Shown here in pieces: positions 28,701 to 37,902 of a stretch of 64,000 nucleotides of DNA; within the stretch, counting starts at the first letter, position 1; every line of letters starts with the position of its first letter. Origin of the DNA: a virus (lineage: Duplodnaviria; Caudoviricetes). The stretch spans positions 7,832-71,831 of the IMG/VR virus record IMGVR_UViG_3300012952_003947; one strand, written 5' to 3'. The position numbers and the translations under genes are program-made. Under the pieces are notes generated by a model. It was not told the DNA's origin, did not search any database, and worked only from the letters and a program-made list of their open reading frames with translations.

Positions 28701-31700
28701 TAAGGGAATACCAAAAAGATTTTTAATTAAACTAATAATTTCTGGATCTGTGGATTTCTCAACCTCAAACACGCCCGGGCCGGCAGGAGTTTTAAAATGC
28801 ACGCTGTAATCGCCATTAAGATATTCATTCCAATTGTTTTTATCTTTTACAGGAATTTTATAAGTTACCAAGTTTTCTTGCTCAGAAAGTTTCTGCTTGA
28901 TCTCGGCAGGGATTTCAACATCTTGCAATGACGCTGGGGACGCCGTTGCGCCGGAAGTAGACTGCAGGTTTATTGTAAAAGCAAATGCAGATGTTTGTGG
29001 CACGCTGGTGCTCCACTTAATGGTACCATCAGGGCTTTGTTCATAACGACCATAGCTTGAAACATAATTAGATAATAAATTAACGTCTTCTCTAATCCCT
29101 GCCGCAACTCTTCTTGTATCAAGATTATCAGCAGGCATGGTCATAATTAAAGAATCTTTAAAAGAGTCTAATTGCGGTGATGATGTAATTAAAGAATTTT
29201 TAAATCTATCTAATTCTTGCACCAAAGGTACTCTATACGTATCAACAATTGTCTGAAACATGTCGTCTGTAATTTCTAGCACATCCTGTGGTGTATGTCC
29301 TGCCTTGTCAAAAATAGAAGGTGTTCGGTCCTGAAGAGCATCGGGATTAGTCAAAAGTTCAGCAATTTCTTCTAATCTGGCTGTTCTTATAGAATCTTCA
29401 TTACGAATCATTTTTTCAATCTGATCATCCGAAAATCCTTTCGACGCTAAAACTTGTCTTTTTGCGTCAGTGCTTACCAGAGAAGAACACACCGCTTCAC
29501 TCGGTGTGATGTCTCTTACGATTAGATTACAAATTTCTAACTCAATATTTTCACCCAACAGATGAAATAGTCTTTTAATTTTACTTTTACTATTCAGATA
29601 TATGGCTAAAGTTTCATACTTTTCTTCAATCAAAAACTGAACTGAACTTAATACCTGTATAGACGGCTCTCCGGAAAGAAGAGAACATGTCTCTAGTGGA
29701 AATAGAAATTTTGTCAAATCTTCAAATAGATTAGTTATATCCTGTAAGCGGCTTGGAGGAATACCCAAAGCTCTCATAGCTTTAGCCATCTTGTTGGGAT
29801 CGCCATTTATTAAGTTGTTGATATCATTGTCTATTGAAGAACCTTCTTTGTTAGACAAAGCTCCCGCCATGGTAGATAAAGTTCCCTCTGGTTCTCCGGG
29901 CTTGTCGTCATTAAGAGGTGTGTTTCCTACAGGTTTATCTGGAGAGTTGAAAATGTTGTTTTCTCCAAATATTCCCGCTAGGCCAGCGTCTGCATTAGGA
30001 TTTGGTTTTGGAAAAAAGTCTGGTGTGTCTTCGCAATATTTTAGGATATCGGCCATCACTGCATCGATGAGTGCGACCAAGGTTTGTATAATCGACTCCA
30101 TTATCGCTTTCACCAAAGCATCAGTGAAATCTTTCAATAAATCGTTAGTACTAAGAGAGTCCGGAAAGCCAAGAGTTGGAGGCACCGGAAGTTTTGGTGC
30201 AATATTTTTTGCGCCGGCCTTAATTTTTGTTAGGCCGCCTTTTTGAAACAATTGTTTTGGTAGGTTATCTACAAATTGAGCCAACCTTTCACATAAAGCA
30301 TCGACATCAATAAAATCTTGATACTCGTCTAAAAACCTATTTATTTCACGGGAATCTCTTTTTACAGCAGCCTTTTGCTTATTAAAAACATTCGATTTGA
30401 AAATACCAACAGTGTCAGGTATGTTCATAGGAATTTTTTCTGACTTTGCTGCTGAACCATATCCAACTAGCCTCTTTCTTTCAAGAGTTACCTGTGTACC
30501 TTGACCGGGCTGTGGAATAAACTCTAGATTTCCTACGTTTTTACCTGTCTGAGATACGACTTTCTTGGTACCATCAATAGTATCCATATAGGCATCAAAA
30601 TCATAGCCTCCAGCCCATTTTAAAGCTTCAGCCTTACTTACCCCTGGAGGAGTGAGCCCGGCGTCAATTAGAGGCTTAACGATGACCTCTTGGACTGCTC
30701 TGAATCCTATATCATTAATTAAGCCCTTAAGCAAGCCTTTACAGAGCGCTTGAACCCAATCTCCACCATTCATCTTGTTGCCAAGACATGTGGAGGCTTT
30801 TACCAAAAGGTCTCTTACATGTATTCTATGAAAAACTTCGCCGAATGGTCCAGCGGGGCCGGTGCCGATTCCTTTGGAGCCCATGGATAATAAGTGAGCG
30901 TTTTTTTGAGCTTTTTCAAGATTGGCAAACAGTGTGCCGCCGGAATAAGACGACTCTTTCTTTGATTTTTCTAACTTCTCTTTCTTTGATTTAGCATCAT
31001 TTAGTCGCGACTTTTCTTTTTGAAGATCGGATGCAGATTTTTGTTTTTTATTACTCTTCTTATCGCCAGTCGCAGGCAAAAGATTAGGCGCGGGGCGCAT
31101 ATATTTATTTAATAATTCTAACCAATTAAGTTGATTTTTTGTGGCGTCTTCATGCATATCACCAGCATATATAAAAAACGCTCTTGTTGTTTCCGAATCA
31201 AAAGGCGGAACACTGTGAAGATTTTTTATCCCAACCGTGCAAAAGCCTGTTTTTAAAAATTCGTTATTGACTTTTTCTTCAGATATATTATGTTTTATAA
31301 ACTTAAATTCAAATTTACTATTATCTGCTCCAATTTGTAATAGATCTGGTTTTGACAGGCGCAATTCTTTTTGATTTTTTAATAAAAATTCACCCAAAGC
31401 TGCCGGAATCATTTCAAAATTATCAAGCTGCTCTTTAATATTAGGAAGTCGGCTTTTATCTCCTGTGTATTTCTCCGCGCCCGGCATTATTACTTCTTTG
31501 AAAATCTTTATTAATTTGTTATTTCTGTCTTGGAGCTTATCAGTTGCCACAGCTAAAGTATGAGCGGTTTTGCCAGACATCATCTGTTCTGCTGGAGTTT
31601 CTAATTCTTCTTTTACAGGCACTGTGTCTATAATAGATTTGTGAATCTTTACGAGTACTTTAATGATATTGTCGTTAGAATTTCCAGTATGATAAACTTC

Positions 31701-32330
31701 GGTGTTTTGATCTAAGTTTTCTTTAAGTTGGCTAAAGATTTGTTGCAGATCGTTTGGCGAATAATCTTTGTTATAATTATCCAGAACAATCTGTGATGCT
31801 TTCATTAGAGATAACTCTTGAGCATTCGCTGCGGTCACAGGAATTGTAAGACCGTTGCCATTTTCATCAAAAAATGCTCCCTTGCCTCCCAAAAGCATGT
31901 TGAGGACAACAAGATATTGTTGCTTACTCTCTGTGACGTCTCCATCATTCAAAGTAGTCCAGTCGGGGCTGAATACTGCTGACGTTTTAAGTGCAGACTG
32001 GGAAAGTAGCATTTCTTTTAGTAAATCAGAATCAAGCGACCATCTAAACGTATAAGTTAGTGAACTAGCTTGTGTTGATGCTGCGGGCGATGGATCCCAT
32101 TTATCGTCAAAAGTTAGAATAGATCCGAAGCCATTATTTATTATAGACTCTTTAGCGTTAGAAATTCTTTCTTCGTCCAAATCCTCATCAGGATCCAGCC
32201 ATTGATCAGCTTTTTCAAAAAGTTGTTCTACAATTTTTTCTCTATATGATGCGTCTTGAGCTATATTTTTTGCAGCGGCGAGATCATTTTCAGGGCCAAC
32301 AACTTTTTGTTTTATATATTTTAAACTCAT
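25761..32330 (-). CDS. 2189 aa hypothetical virion protein
   Basis: Long uninterrupted ORF between the spike and gp25-like genes, TAATG coupling; no family recognised. Confidence 0.55.
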   Translation of the reverse strand: MSLKYIKQKVVGPENDLAAAKNIAQDASYREKIVEQLFEKADQWLDPDEDLDEERISNAKESIINNGFGSILTFDDKWDPSPAASTQASSLTYTFRWSLDSDLLKEMLLSQSALKTSAVFSPDWTTLNDGDVTESKQQYLVVLNMLLGGKGAFFDENGNGLTIPVTAANAQELSLMKASQIVLDNYNKDYSPNDLQQIFSQLKENLDQNTEVYHTGNSNDNIIKVLVKIHKSIIDTVPVKEELETPAEQMMSGKTAHTLAVATDKLQDRNNKLIKIFKEVIMPGAEKYTGDKSRLPNIKEQLDNFEMIPAALGEFLLKNQKELRLSKPDLLQIGADNSKFEFKFIKHNISEEKVNNEFLKTGFCTVGIKNLHSVPPFDSETTRAFFIYAGDMHEDATKNQLNWLELLNKYMRPAPNLLPATGDKKSNKKQKSASDLQKEKSRLNDAKSKKEKLEKSKKESSYSGGTLFANLEKAQKNAHLLSMGSKGIGTGPAGPFGEVFHRIHVRDLLVKASTCLGNKMNGGDWVQALCKGLLKGLINDIGFRAVQEVIVKPLIDAGLTPPGVSKAEALKWAGGYDFDAYMDTIDGTKKVVSQTGKNVGNLEFIPQPGQGTQVTLERKRLVGYGSAAKSEKIPMNIPDTVGIFKSNVFNKQKAAVKRDSREINRFLDEYQDFIDVDALCERLAQFVDNLPKQLFQKGGLTKIKAGAKNIAPKLPVPPTLGFPDSLSTNDLLKDFTDALVKAIMESIIQTLVALIDAVMADILKYCEDTPDFFPKPNPNADAGLAGIFGENNIFNSPDKPVGNTPLNDDKPGEPEGTLSTMAGALSNKEGSSIDNDINNLINGDPNKMAKAMRALGIPPSRLQDITNLFEDLTKFLFPLETCSLLSGEPSIQVLSSVQFLIEEKYETLAIYLNSKSKIKRLFHLLGENIELEICNLIVRDITPSEAVCSSLVSTDAKRQVLASKGFSDDQIEKMIRNEDSIRTARLEEIAELLTNPDALQDRTPSIFDKAGHTPQDVLEITDDMFQTIVDTYRVPLVQELDRFKNSLITSSPQLDSFKDSLIMTMPADNLDTRRVAAGIREDVNLLSNYVSSYGRYEQSPDGTIKWSTSVPQTSAFAFTINLQSTSGATASPASLQDVEIPAEIKQKLSEQENLVTYKIPVKDKNNWNEYLNGDYSVHFKTPAGPGVFEVEKSTDPEIISLIKNLFGIPLNEENITTGPAVGVGDPAGDDLPDLPVVGVLGVEEPTYNSKTIDLLSQDLPQATIWSKMIMDKVRNLYPGIDLDNSTFSQGAGALEGSLKNYYARYLVLYVQNSMQSFVNNALFNINNFESLEFVKKEAELDPIRKICVDKYKDIMDTDSLVENAVENYRQKENETIERDITGDISSIQEALQELSIMSIIRLAILQPLLRGIFAFSELDVKEVLSTDLGLAIIKTQLNNDLFEYSNNNKYVDLFNKHLAEIRPDDTIDDIIKQELDMMQPRVENLIKEFSSNKSLDVLNSISFYDQTYMDVPSPMISFNQLQDITKNGNFFEHSSVAPSGLLLKIKNIMWQEDARDITSYSLMSDQKNKFKFFDTNDLTIPTNQFVQNQKQTRLADTSFDGNFFFQKYVRVKLKKTWEMKNARKFINFYPNIDFNSYKSYKDNNSWEDKFDQQKLSEEFTKNFSFGGINTLPEVIPLDEFERAVWNAIQYPQTDIIISADEVPEGEEVTTEFGSGNVQEIGEQSSYADKKIADYLDVSIGIRLVYCLPTSEDTGASLNSAFEDIANIAIEEENKYHKQIRESAGALKSYKKVLDLNLNAAGWDDIKDEIPKEIRDYMIHEPAGDDAAVVQLNSTANMYKTYSVNMIPIASEEITLTNKSSQMRFKTFNELVQNIIGHPGDGQFNTANEYPASNTPYGKKIRANVGGGAYSDLTSYVQDIQNNFQFTGPDPLEAGDVYANQRYTRWGYPYSAEEGNFKNQTAKREQIFGGYMNSVFETYEPELREKMKNNPEYKILNDYLFNHERLKTLGALYSMSHPSMRDATGFTQTKKSLKALFETSVVDAGQSHKYSIEDKHKSGGDFGSFIKKQQSLGSSEAESPSFSPSIGPAVVLKAFAQATDPVVSTSTKIQGITGAPDYTVPAIAAGLMAAGAPITPYGLVALGISFSLPGNLLDKERDKKLGGTPGAYKQAIEDGTITLECEEPEYEGEE

Positions 32331-32341
32331 TCTAGCATACC

Positions 32342-33283
32342 CTAATTGGTGTGATTAAACCTGCTGTTTATATACTTAGGTCCGGATTCTAATAAATAAT
32401 TTGCTTTTACACCCATCAGATTTTTTCTTTGTGTCACAATACTCCGTATGGGTGACATAATAGTTGCAGCAGAGAATACCATTAAAGCGGGAGGGAGATC
32501 CGGAGAAGGCGGCACAGGGTGTGGACCAATAGGATCTATATGAGTATGCATAGCGGTGGTTTGATTAAAATCGCTTTGTCTCCGAATAAAATCATATACT
32601 ATACCGTTTAATGTAACCAAATTATCAACTATCTTATCTAACACATCAACCAGCCTGTCTCCTTTTACTAGGGGCTGTACGTCTGTATCATCATTTCCGG
32701 CGATAAGATCGATGCCTCCAGGGGCATCAATACGGCCATTTTGTGAATTTTTAGCAGAAGTGCCAGTAACTAGCCTGATATTTTCTCGACCTATTAATCT
32801 TAAAGTATCAGCTTTCATGGCAATGGAGGCGCGCATTTTAGAATCTTCTGCGCCTGAAGAGCCAACTAATCCAAAATATTGATCGATATCTGATTTTTGT
32901 GATATATAAATCCGTGCCGCATCTTTATCAAAATCAGGATCAACATAAACATTTTCTCCTAATTTATTTTTTTCTTTGATATCAGAAGATTGTGGACCTA
33001 CAATTAAATCAATGCTGCCAGCTTGAGTATGGCCAGATCCACCGTACCCAGAACCTAGTTGTCCAGGGCGGTCACGGCCTAGAACTATTCTTTGATTGTT
33101 CTTTCCTTGTATTACTTTTTCACAAGGAGCATTAATATAGTTTGGTGTTGGTTCAACTAAGTCATCATGATTTATGCCCTGACCTTCTTGATCTGGGTGT
33201 AAATTCAGTTGATGATCTTTTTGTTTTTTAGACGAGCCAGAAAAATCTCTTGCTAGCTTCTTATTTTCTCCAGGGGATCCCAT
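32342..33283 (-). CDS. baseplate central spike (gp5-C/gpV-like)
   Basis: Short beta-strand repeats (RIVLG, IDLIVG, IYISQ, LRLIG, IRLVTG, IDLIAG) followed by MHTH, an HxH metal-binding apex motif; position in baseplate operon. Confidence 0.55.
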   Translation of the reverse strand: MGSPGENKKLARDFSGSSKKQKDHQLNLHPDQEGQGINHDDLVEPTPNYINAPCEKVIQGKNNQRIVLGRDRPGQLGSGYGGSGHTQAGSIDLIVGPQSSDIKEKNKLGENVYVDPDFDKDAARIYISQKSDIDQYFGLVGSSGAEDSKMRASIAMKADTLRLIGRENIRLVTGTSAKNSQNGRIDAPGGIDLIAGNDDTDVQPLVKGDRLVDVLDKIVDNLVTLNGIVYDFIRRQSDFNQTTAMHTHIDPIGPHPVPPSPDLPPALMVFSAATIMSPIRSIVTQRKNLMGVKANYLLESGPKYINSRFNHTN

Positions 33284-33295
33284 AAAACAACCTCA

Positions 33296-35020
33296 TTAAG
33301 CAATTTCGTTTGCCAAAGTATTTTTTCTCCAATAGTTTGCATACATAGGAGATTTTGGGCCTTTGTTTAATATTTCTTTTGGATAAACAGCATAATTACC
33401 ATCTAGCACAAATTCCTCTCCTGACTGAAAGTTTTCAACAGGTACAATAACTTCCCAATGCCACGCTTCTTTAATATAGGGATTAAACCCAAATCTATAC
33501 GCATTCTCTTTCAACCAAAGAAACGCAGGGGTTCTCTTTTGTTGTGCGTTGGTCTTAGAACTAGGCTTCAAGCCATTATTTCCAAAGTCTACCGCCAAAC
33601 CAGTCTCATGAGGACTAGCCCAAGCTCTATATTGACGGCCTGTGGCCACAGAACCATACTCATCTTCAAGAAAAGCATCAAAAAGCCTCTTTAAATTAGA
33701 ATAGCTTACAGTGCCATCTTGTTCCAAAGCCTCAGTTAACTTAACAGGCCCTGCCATAGGGCCTTTTGAATTTAGACCGGCCCTTTTAAATTTGTAATGA
33801 TTAGGCTGTGTTAGCCATCTATATCTCTTCATGGGGCCATCGCGCAATCCGCTCGATACTAAAAATTGCTCTGTTGCGCCGGTCTCTGTTAGCCACGCTT
33901 CGTTTAACAATTGAAGTCTAGCCGCCAATAACGGATGTGCGTGCTGTTGTATTTTTCCAGAAATAGTTGGTATAGAGACAGCATCAGATTTATCAAGGGT
34001 GCCAAAAACGTTTAAAAACACTCTTCTTTCTGTATAAGCAGTATTTGGCAATAATTCTACAGTTGTAAATTCACCGACATTTAATGGATTTGTCGCAGGG
34101 CCTGGACTAGTGAGAGACGAATTAACCTCGCATGGCAGCGGCTTTGCTGCTTCGATTTCTTGCTTTTCTGATTCTTTATTTGCCTCTTCCACAGCAAACA
34201 ACAATTTCTGTCTTATTTCTTCTTCTTGCAAGATCAAATGATTACGAGCATCAGGATCCTGCTCAGCACTTATTTGCATTTGTATGTAATTGAGTTGCTG
34301 TTCTAGCTCTACAATATTCTCTAAATTTACATTTGTGGATTGTAAGCTGGTGGTCGGCACGTTAACAGACTGGCCTGCTTGAATGTCATCTACTTTAGAT
34401 ATTTCTGGCAGTTCTGGTACGCAAGGTCGACCATATACGTCCTTACCAGCTTGCGGTGCAGGCATAGCGCCGCCGAAAACCGGGCCTAAATATAAAGGAT
34501 CTTGGAAGTTTTCTCTGTTGCCAAAATCAACCCATATGAGATCTCCAGGTTTTGGTATACCCATCCCTGAAACGCTGGCATCTTTAGCAATAAAAGTTGG
34601 GTACATGTCTATTGTCACATGATCAATTGCTCCAGGTGGGCCAGCAATAGCTGTGGGCCTAGGCAAGATTGATCCGTGGATTTCAGGAATATATCCTTTT
34701 ATTTCTACCTTTTGCATATCGCCCGGAGAAATGCCTATATTATCATCAGCAAGGATAGTTGTATGCCAACCATCAGAACTAGTTCTTGGGCCTGGGACTT
34801 CAACTCTAAGTACAATTGCCTTAAAGTGGTGAACTCCTCGCAAAATATTCTGCTCATAACTCTTTAAGTTAGTTATTCTTAAGGAATTAATGTTGGAGCC
34901 ATCGTTCCACTTTTTAGTTGATATTTGAGTTAATATCGGATTTAAATCCCCCCAAGCATACTTTGATAGCGGATCAAAATTTTTATTTAGGTCCTTTGGT
35001 GGATCTGAGCTATTCGACAT
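33296..35020 (-). CDS. baseplate hub/gp5-N-like protein fused to a VanY-type (M15) Zn peptidase
   Basis: N-terminal AIVLRV...IKGYIP...PKPGDLIWVDF (gp5 OB-fold-like); C-terminal SSGLR, SPHETGLAVD, WLKENAYRFGF, EAWHWE; ATG at 35020 preferred over tracked 35038. Confidence 0.7.
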   Translation of the reverse strand: MSNSSDPPKDLNKNFDPLSKYAWGDLNPILTQISTKKWNDGSNINSLRITNLKSYEQNILRGVHHFKAIVLRVEVPGPRTSSDGWHTTILADDNIGISPGDMQKVEIKGYIPEIHGSILPRPTAIAGPPGAIDHVTIDMYPTFIAKDASVSGMGIPKPGDLIWVDFGNRENFQDPLYLGPVFGGAMPAPQAGKDVYGRPCVPELPEISKVDDIQAGQSVNVPTTSLQSTNVNLENIVELEQQLNYIQMQISAEQDPDARNHLILQEEEIRQKLLFAVEEANKESEKQEIEAAKPLPCEVNSSLTSPGPATNPLNVGEFTTVELLPNTAYTERRVFLNVFGTLDKSDAVSIPTISGKIQQHAHPLLAARLQLLNEAWLTETGATEQFLVSSGLRDGPMKRYRWLTQPNHYKFKRAGLNSKGPMAGPVKLTEALEQDGTVSYSNLKRLFDAFLEDEYGSVATGRQYRAWASPHETGLAVDFGNNGLKPSSKTNAQQKRTPAFLWLKENAYRFGFNPYIKEAWHWEVIVPVENFQSGEEFVLDGNYAVYPKEILNKGPKSPMYANYWRKNTLANEIA

Positions 35021-35303
35021 CTTCCGAATTCCCCTCAATTAAATTATAAATTTCGTCTTTATCAAAAGTTGTTAAATTATTGTTTTGACTAGTTTTTTTA
35101 TGAACCAGACCAGCAATTTTAACTAACTGTTCGTTGGAACGTTGAAGGGTTTCTAGATATTTAGATGCAACCTGACCTAGGTCCTTGTGGTCATGACCAG
35201 AATTCATGCTCTGCATAATATCGGTCAGCAGTGTTAAGGCCATTGCTCTGTCGTTTTTTATATTCTCGGTAACTTCACTTATAAAGGAATCTAATTTACT
35301 CAC
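35010..35303 (-). CDS. hypothetical helical protein
   Basis: 97 aa ORF tightly coupled to both neighbours. Confidence 0.6.
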   Translation of the reverse strand: MSKLDSFISEVTENIKNDRAMALTLLTDIMQSMNSGHDHKDLGQVASKYLETLQRSNEQLVKIAGLVHKKTSQNNNLTTFDKDEIYNLIEGNSEDVE

Positions 35304-36010
35304 ATCTTACCCTCATTCCAATTTTTCTTGAAATTACGATACTTTACTCTAATTTTATTAAGATTATTGACAACTTGCTTTGTGTTAAGGCCCGTAATTT
35401 CCCTTATGTACAAGTAAATAGCTTTCTTGTTAAAAATCTCAATTTCATCAATACTATTAAAGAGTATGCGAATAGCATTTAGAACTTTTAATTCGTTTTC
35501 TTTTAATTTTAAATTTTCCCATTTATCCAACTCAACATGAAGGAATTGCCAGAATTCAAAGTCCTCTCTGTCGTTCTCATAAGGATTGTTCGTGGATAAA
35601 TATTGTTCTTCTAGATCAAGAGATATATCATCAAAATGAACTTCTCTTTTAAGATTTTTGCTGTTTTTCTTGACCTTATGAATAAACCAATTTTTTGTGA
35701 TTACACTAAAATATGAAAAAGCTTTTGATTTTTTAGATGAATCATATTTGTCTAAAATAGTGGTTAAATAAATTTTACACTCGTCCTTTAAATAATCAAT
35801 ATTGGGCAAAGTAGTAAATTTATACGTGTATACTATCTTATCGACCATCTGGTCAAAAGCTGGACCTATGTATTTTACGTAAAGTTCTGTTCTGATCTTA
35901 TTATCAGTCGTTAAAGCGTAGTTAATTATTGCTTCTTCGTGAACCTTCGTAAAATAGTCATTCGCTCTCTTTCGTCGTCTCGGTTTGTATGTCTTCTTCG
36001 ATGATGGCAT
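35300..36010 (-). CDS. phage RNA polymerase sigma factor (T4 gp55-like / sigma70 region 2)
   Basis: YFTKVHEEAIINY start and DKYDSSKKSKAFSYFSVITKNWFI region-2-like motif; C-terminal HTH-like KKAIYLYIREITGLNTKQV; ATG at 36010. Confidence 0.65.
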   Translation of the reverse strand: MPSSKKTYKPRRRKRANDYFTKVHEEAIINYALTTDNKIRTELYVKYIGPAFDQMVDKIVYTYKFTTLPNIDYLKDECKIYLTTILDKYDSSKKSKAFSYFSVITKNWFIHKVKKNSKNLKREVHFDDISLDLEEQYLSTNNPYENDREDFEFWQFLHVELDKWENLKLKENELKVLNAIRILFNSIDEIEIFNKKAIYLYIREITGLNTKQVVNNLNKIRVKYRNFKKNWNEGKM

Positions 36011-36371
36011 CAAGTTCTTCCTCTTCTAAATCTTCTACGGAGAGCGCATATTTATCTCTAAAAAAGTCAATTTCATCAACCACTTCTTTAGTGTGATTTA
36101 TCAAATCTTCCAGAGTGGGATCTCCATAAAAAGTTTCCAGAGAATACAAGCCCCTCATATGAGTCTCAAGCGAATAAACTGCGTCTAATAGTTCTTCTAT
36201 ATCTTGTGTCATATTAGAAATATTTTCTATTAGTCTTTTAATATACCAAACCATTGCAACTATCAGTACAACAGATAGATAAAGCAAAAAAGGTAATGGT
36301 CCCAAGACTGCCATCAATAGCGCAGAATTAAGGACCAGGGAAATTATTAAAAAGTAATTACTTAAACTCAT
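35958..36371 (-). CDS. hypothetical membrane protein
   Basis: Two N-terminal hydrophobic segments followed by a coiled, acidic tail. Confidence 0.55.
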   Translation of the reverse strand: MSLSNYFLIISLVLNSALLMAVLGPLPFLLYLSVVLIVAMVWYIKRLIENISNMTQDIEELLDAVYSLETHMRGLYSLETFYGDPTLEDLINHTKEVVDEIDFFRDKYALSVEDLEEEELDAIIEEDIQTETTKESE

Positions 36372-36628
36372 ACTATGTCTTCTCTCATATCTTTCTTTTG
36401 TTTATTTAAATCTTTACGAAATTCTTCTATTTTTTCTTTAGTGAGTTCGCCAACCTTAGAATTTTTGCTCTCACCAGTTTTTTTAACAAAAGAAATAAAC
36501 ATGCTAGGAACTTTTTTTAAAGTTCCGTCGGTTTCGCATTCAGTGCAATCTGTTAATTCTTCAGACATGGAATGTCTAGTTTCAAATACTACTTCACATT
36601 CACTGCACTTATACGTATACTTTGGCAT
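36368..36628 (-). CDS. FmdB-family zinc-ribbon protein
   Basis: MPKYTYKCSEC...DCTEC...LKKVPS pattern. Confidence 0.8.
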   Translation of the reverse strand: MPKYTYKCSECEVVFETRHSMSEELTDCTECETDGTLKKVPSMFISFVKKTGESKNSKVGELTKEKIEEFRKDLNKQKKDMREDIV

Positions 36629-36855
36629 CAGCCGCCGATCTCCGTTTCTTCATCAGTAGTTTCAGCGTCGAACTTAACTACAGGAGGGTTTACAACAAAC
36701 AACTCCTCGCCGACCTCTGTAAAGTCTAAGTTTTTTAAAGTTGGGACAATATCACTTTGCTCCAGAAGGCTCTTTTGCAAACACATCATAAGTGCTCCTA
36801 ACGCCTCATCTGATAGTTTCATTTTTTTTAGGTTGTTTTCATTTTCAAAACTCAT
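36628..36855 (-). CDS. hypothetical protein
   Basis: 75 aa ORF abutting neighbours on the coding strand. Confidence 0.55.
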   Translation of the reverse strand: MSFENENNLKKMKLSDEALGALMMCLQKSLLEQSDIVPTLKNLDFTEVGEELFVVNPPVVKFDAETTDEETEIGG

Positions 36856-36858
36856 TTT

Positions 36859-37161
36859 TTACTCCTTATTGAAAAATGTTTCTGAGTTGATATTCTTATC
36901 GTCTATGAAGAGATCATAAACCGGTTTTCCAAGCTTAAGTTCATGATGCTTGACTCCCCATTCGATAAACTGTTTTTCGGTGACCTCTCTCCAATCTATA
37001 CCAGAGCCGGTGCCTCTAGCTGTCCAATAGATAATTGTATTACCATTATCGTACAATTCATTAATTTTGTTAATATTTTTTTCTATTGGGGTCGCTTTTG
37101 AATAATCTCTATCCTCTGGGGAGATACAGATTGTCTCGTCAATGTCTACATAAATAATCAT
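36859..37161 (-). CDS. small HAD-superfamily phosphatase (capsule-biosynthesis phosphatase type)
   Basis: IYVDIDETIC (DxD), YWTARG, GKPVYDLFIDDK motifs. Confidence 0.8.
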   Translation of the reverse strand: MIIYVDIDETICISPEDRDYSKATPIEKNINKINELYDNGNTIIYWTARGTGSGIDWREVTEKQFIEWGVKHHELKLGKPVYDLFIDDKNINSETFFNKE

Positions 37162-37902
37162 TTATCTCTCGTAATCGTCTTCTATTCTGACAATATCATC
37201 TTCACCAAAATAAGTTCCAAGTTGGGTTTCTACAAACACAAGTTGTTCTTGCCCCGAGTTATGAATTCTATGCTTTGTCTTGGCAGGAATTTCAATGATG
37301 GATCCCGCTCGAACTTGAGTTTCTTTACCGTCGAGTGTTAGGACGCCCTCGCCAGACACAATTGTCCAAACTTCGCTTCTTTTATAATGATATTGATAAC
37401 TTAGTCTATGTCCGGGCTCAACCCATATTTTTTTGACCTTGCAATCATCAGAGTCTAAAAGTACTTCATAGCGGCCCCATGGTCTAATATTAGACTCCGG
37501 CTCATTAGAAGTTTTCAAAAAGTCAGTAACCATATCGTGAATTCTAAAATCAACTTTAGTTTTCCACTCGTCGTTCCCAGAAGCTACGCCGTCTCGAATA
37601 GAGGTTGCAGAAATAAATCCAATATCCGGAGGGGGAACGAACTCATTAATTTCATATCCAACTCCTCGGCCATAGTTAACACTCTCAATATCTGGAATTG
37701 ATATAATCTTAACATCCGCCTCTTCATATACCTTTTCCAACATTTTAATCGTCTGCTCTGTTGTGAAAGGGTTTTTCTCATCAGGAGGTATGTCTCTAAC
37801 AGCAATTAAAACCGGTATATCTTTTTCTAATTTTTGTGATATCAACCACTTATGGCCGTTATGGGCTGGTTGCCATCTGCCAATAAACATTGCTCTCTTC
37901 AT
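37162..37902 (-). CDS. HIGH-family nucleotidyltransferase (NadM-like) fused to a mannose-6-phosphate isomerase type II cupin
   Basis: FIGRWQPAHNGH and ISATSIR; C-terminal RPWGRYEVL...VKKIWVEPGHRLSYQYHYKRSEVW...G. Confidence 0.75.
   Translation of the reverse strand: MKRAMFIGRWQPAHNGHKWLISQKLEKDIPVLIAVRDIPPDEKNPFTTEQTIKMLEKVYEEADVKIISIPDIESVNYGRGVGYEINEFVPPPDIGFISATSIRDGVASGNDEWKTKVDFRIHDMVTDFLKTSNEPESNIRPWGRYEVLLDSDDCKVKKIWVEPGHRLSYQYHYKRSEVWTIVSGEGVLTLDGKETQVRAGSIIEIPAKTKHRIHNSGQEQLVFVETQLGTYFGEDDIVRIEDDYER

Noticed and set aside
3918-32330. Inteins or group I introns in the giant ORFs
   Set aside because: No Hint-domain ends or LAGLIDADG/HNH motifs were recognised and no frame breaks are present.
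574-35020. Extracellular contractile injection system or tailocin rather than phage
   Set aside because: Protein sizes, the gp55-like sigma, RuvC, the Cas4-like nuclease and PhoH fit a large phage; no Afp15-type ATPase or toxin cassette was seen.
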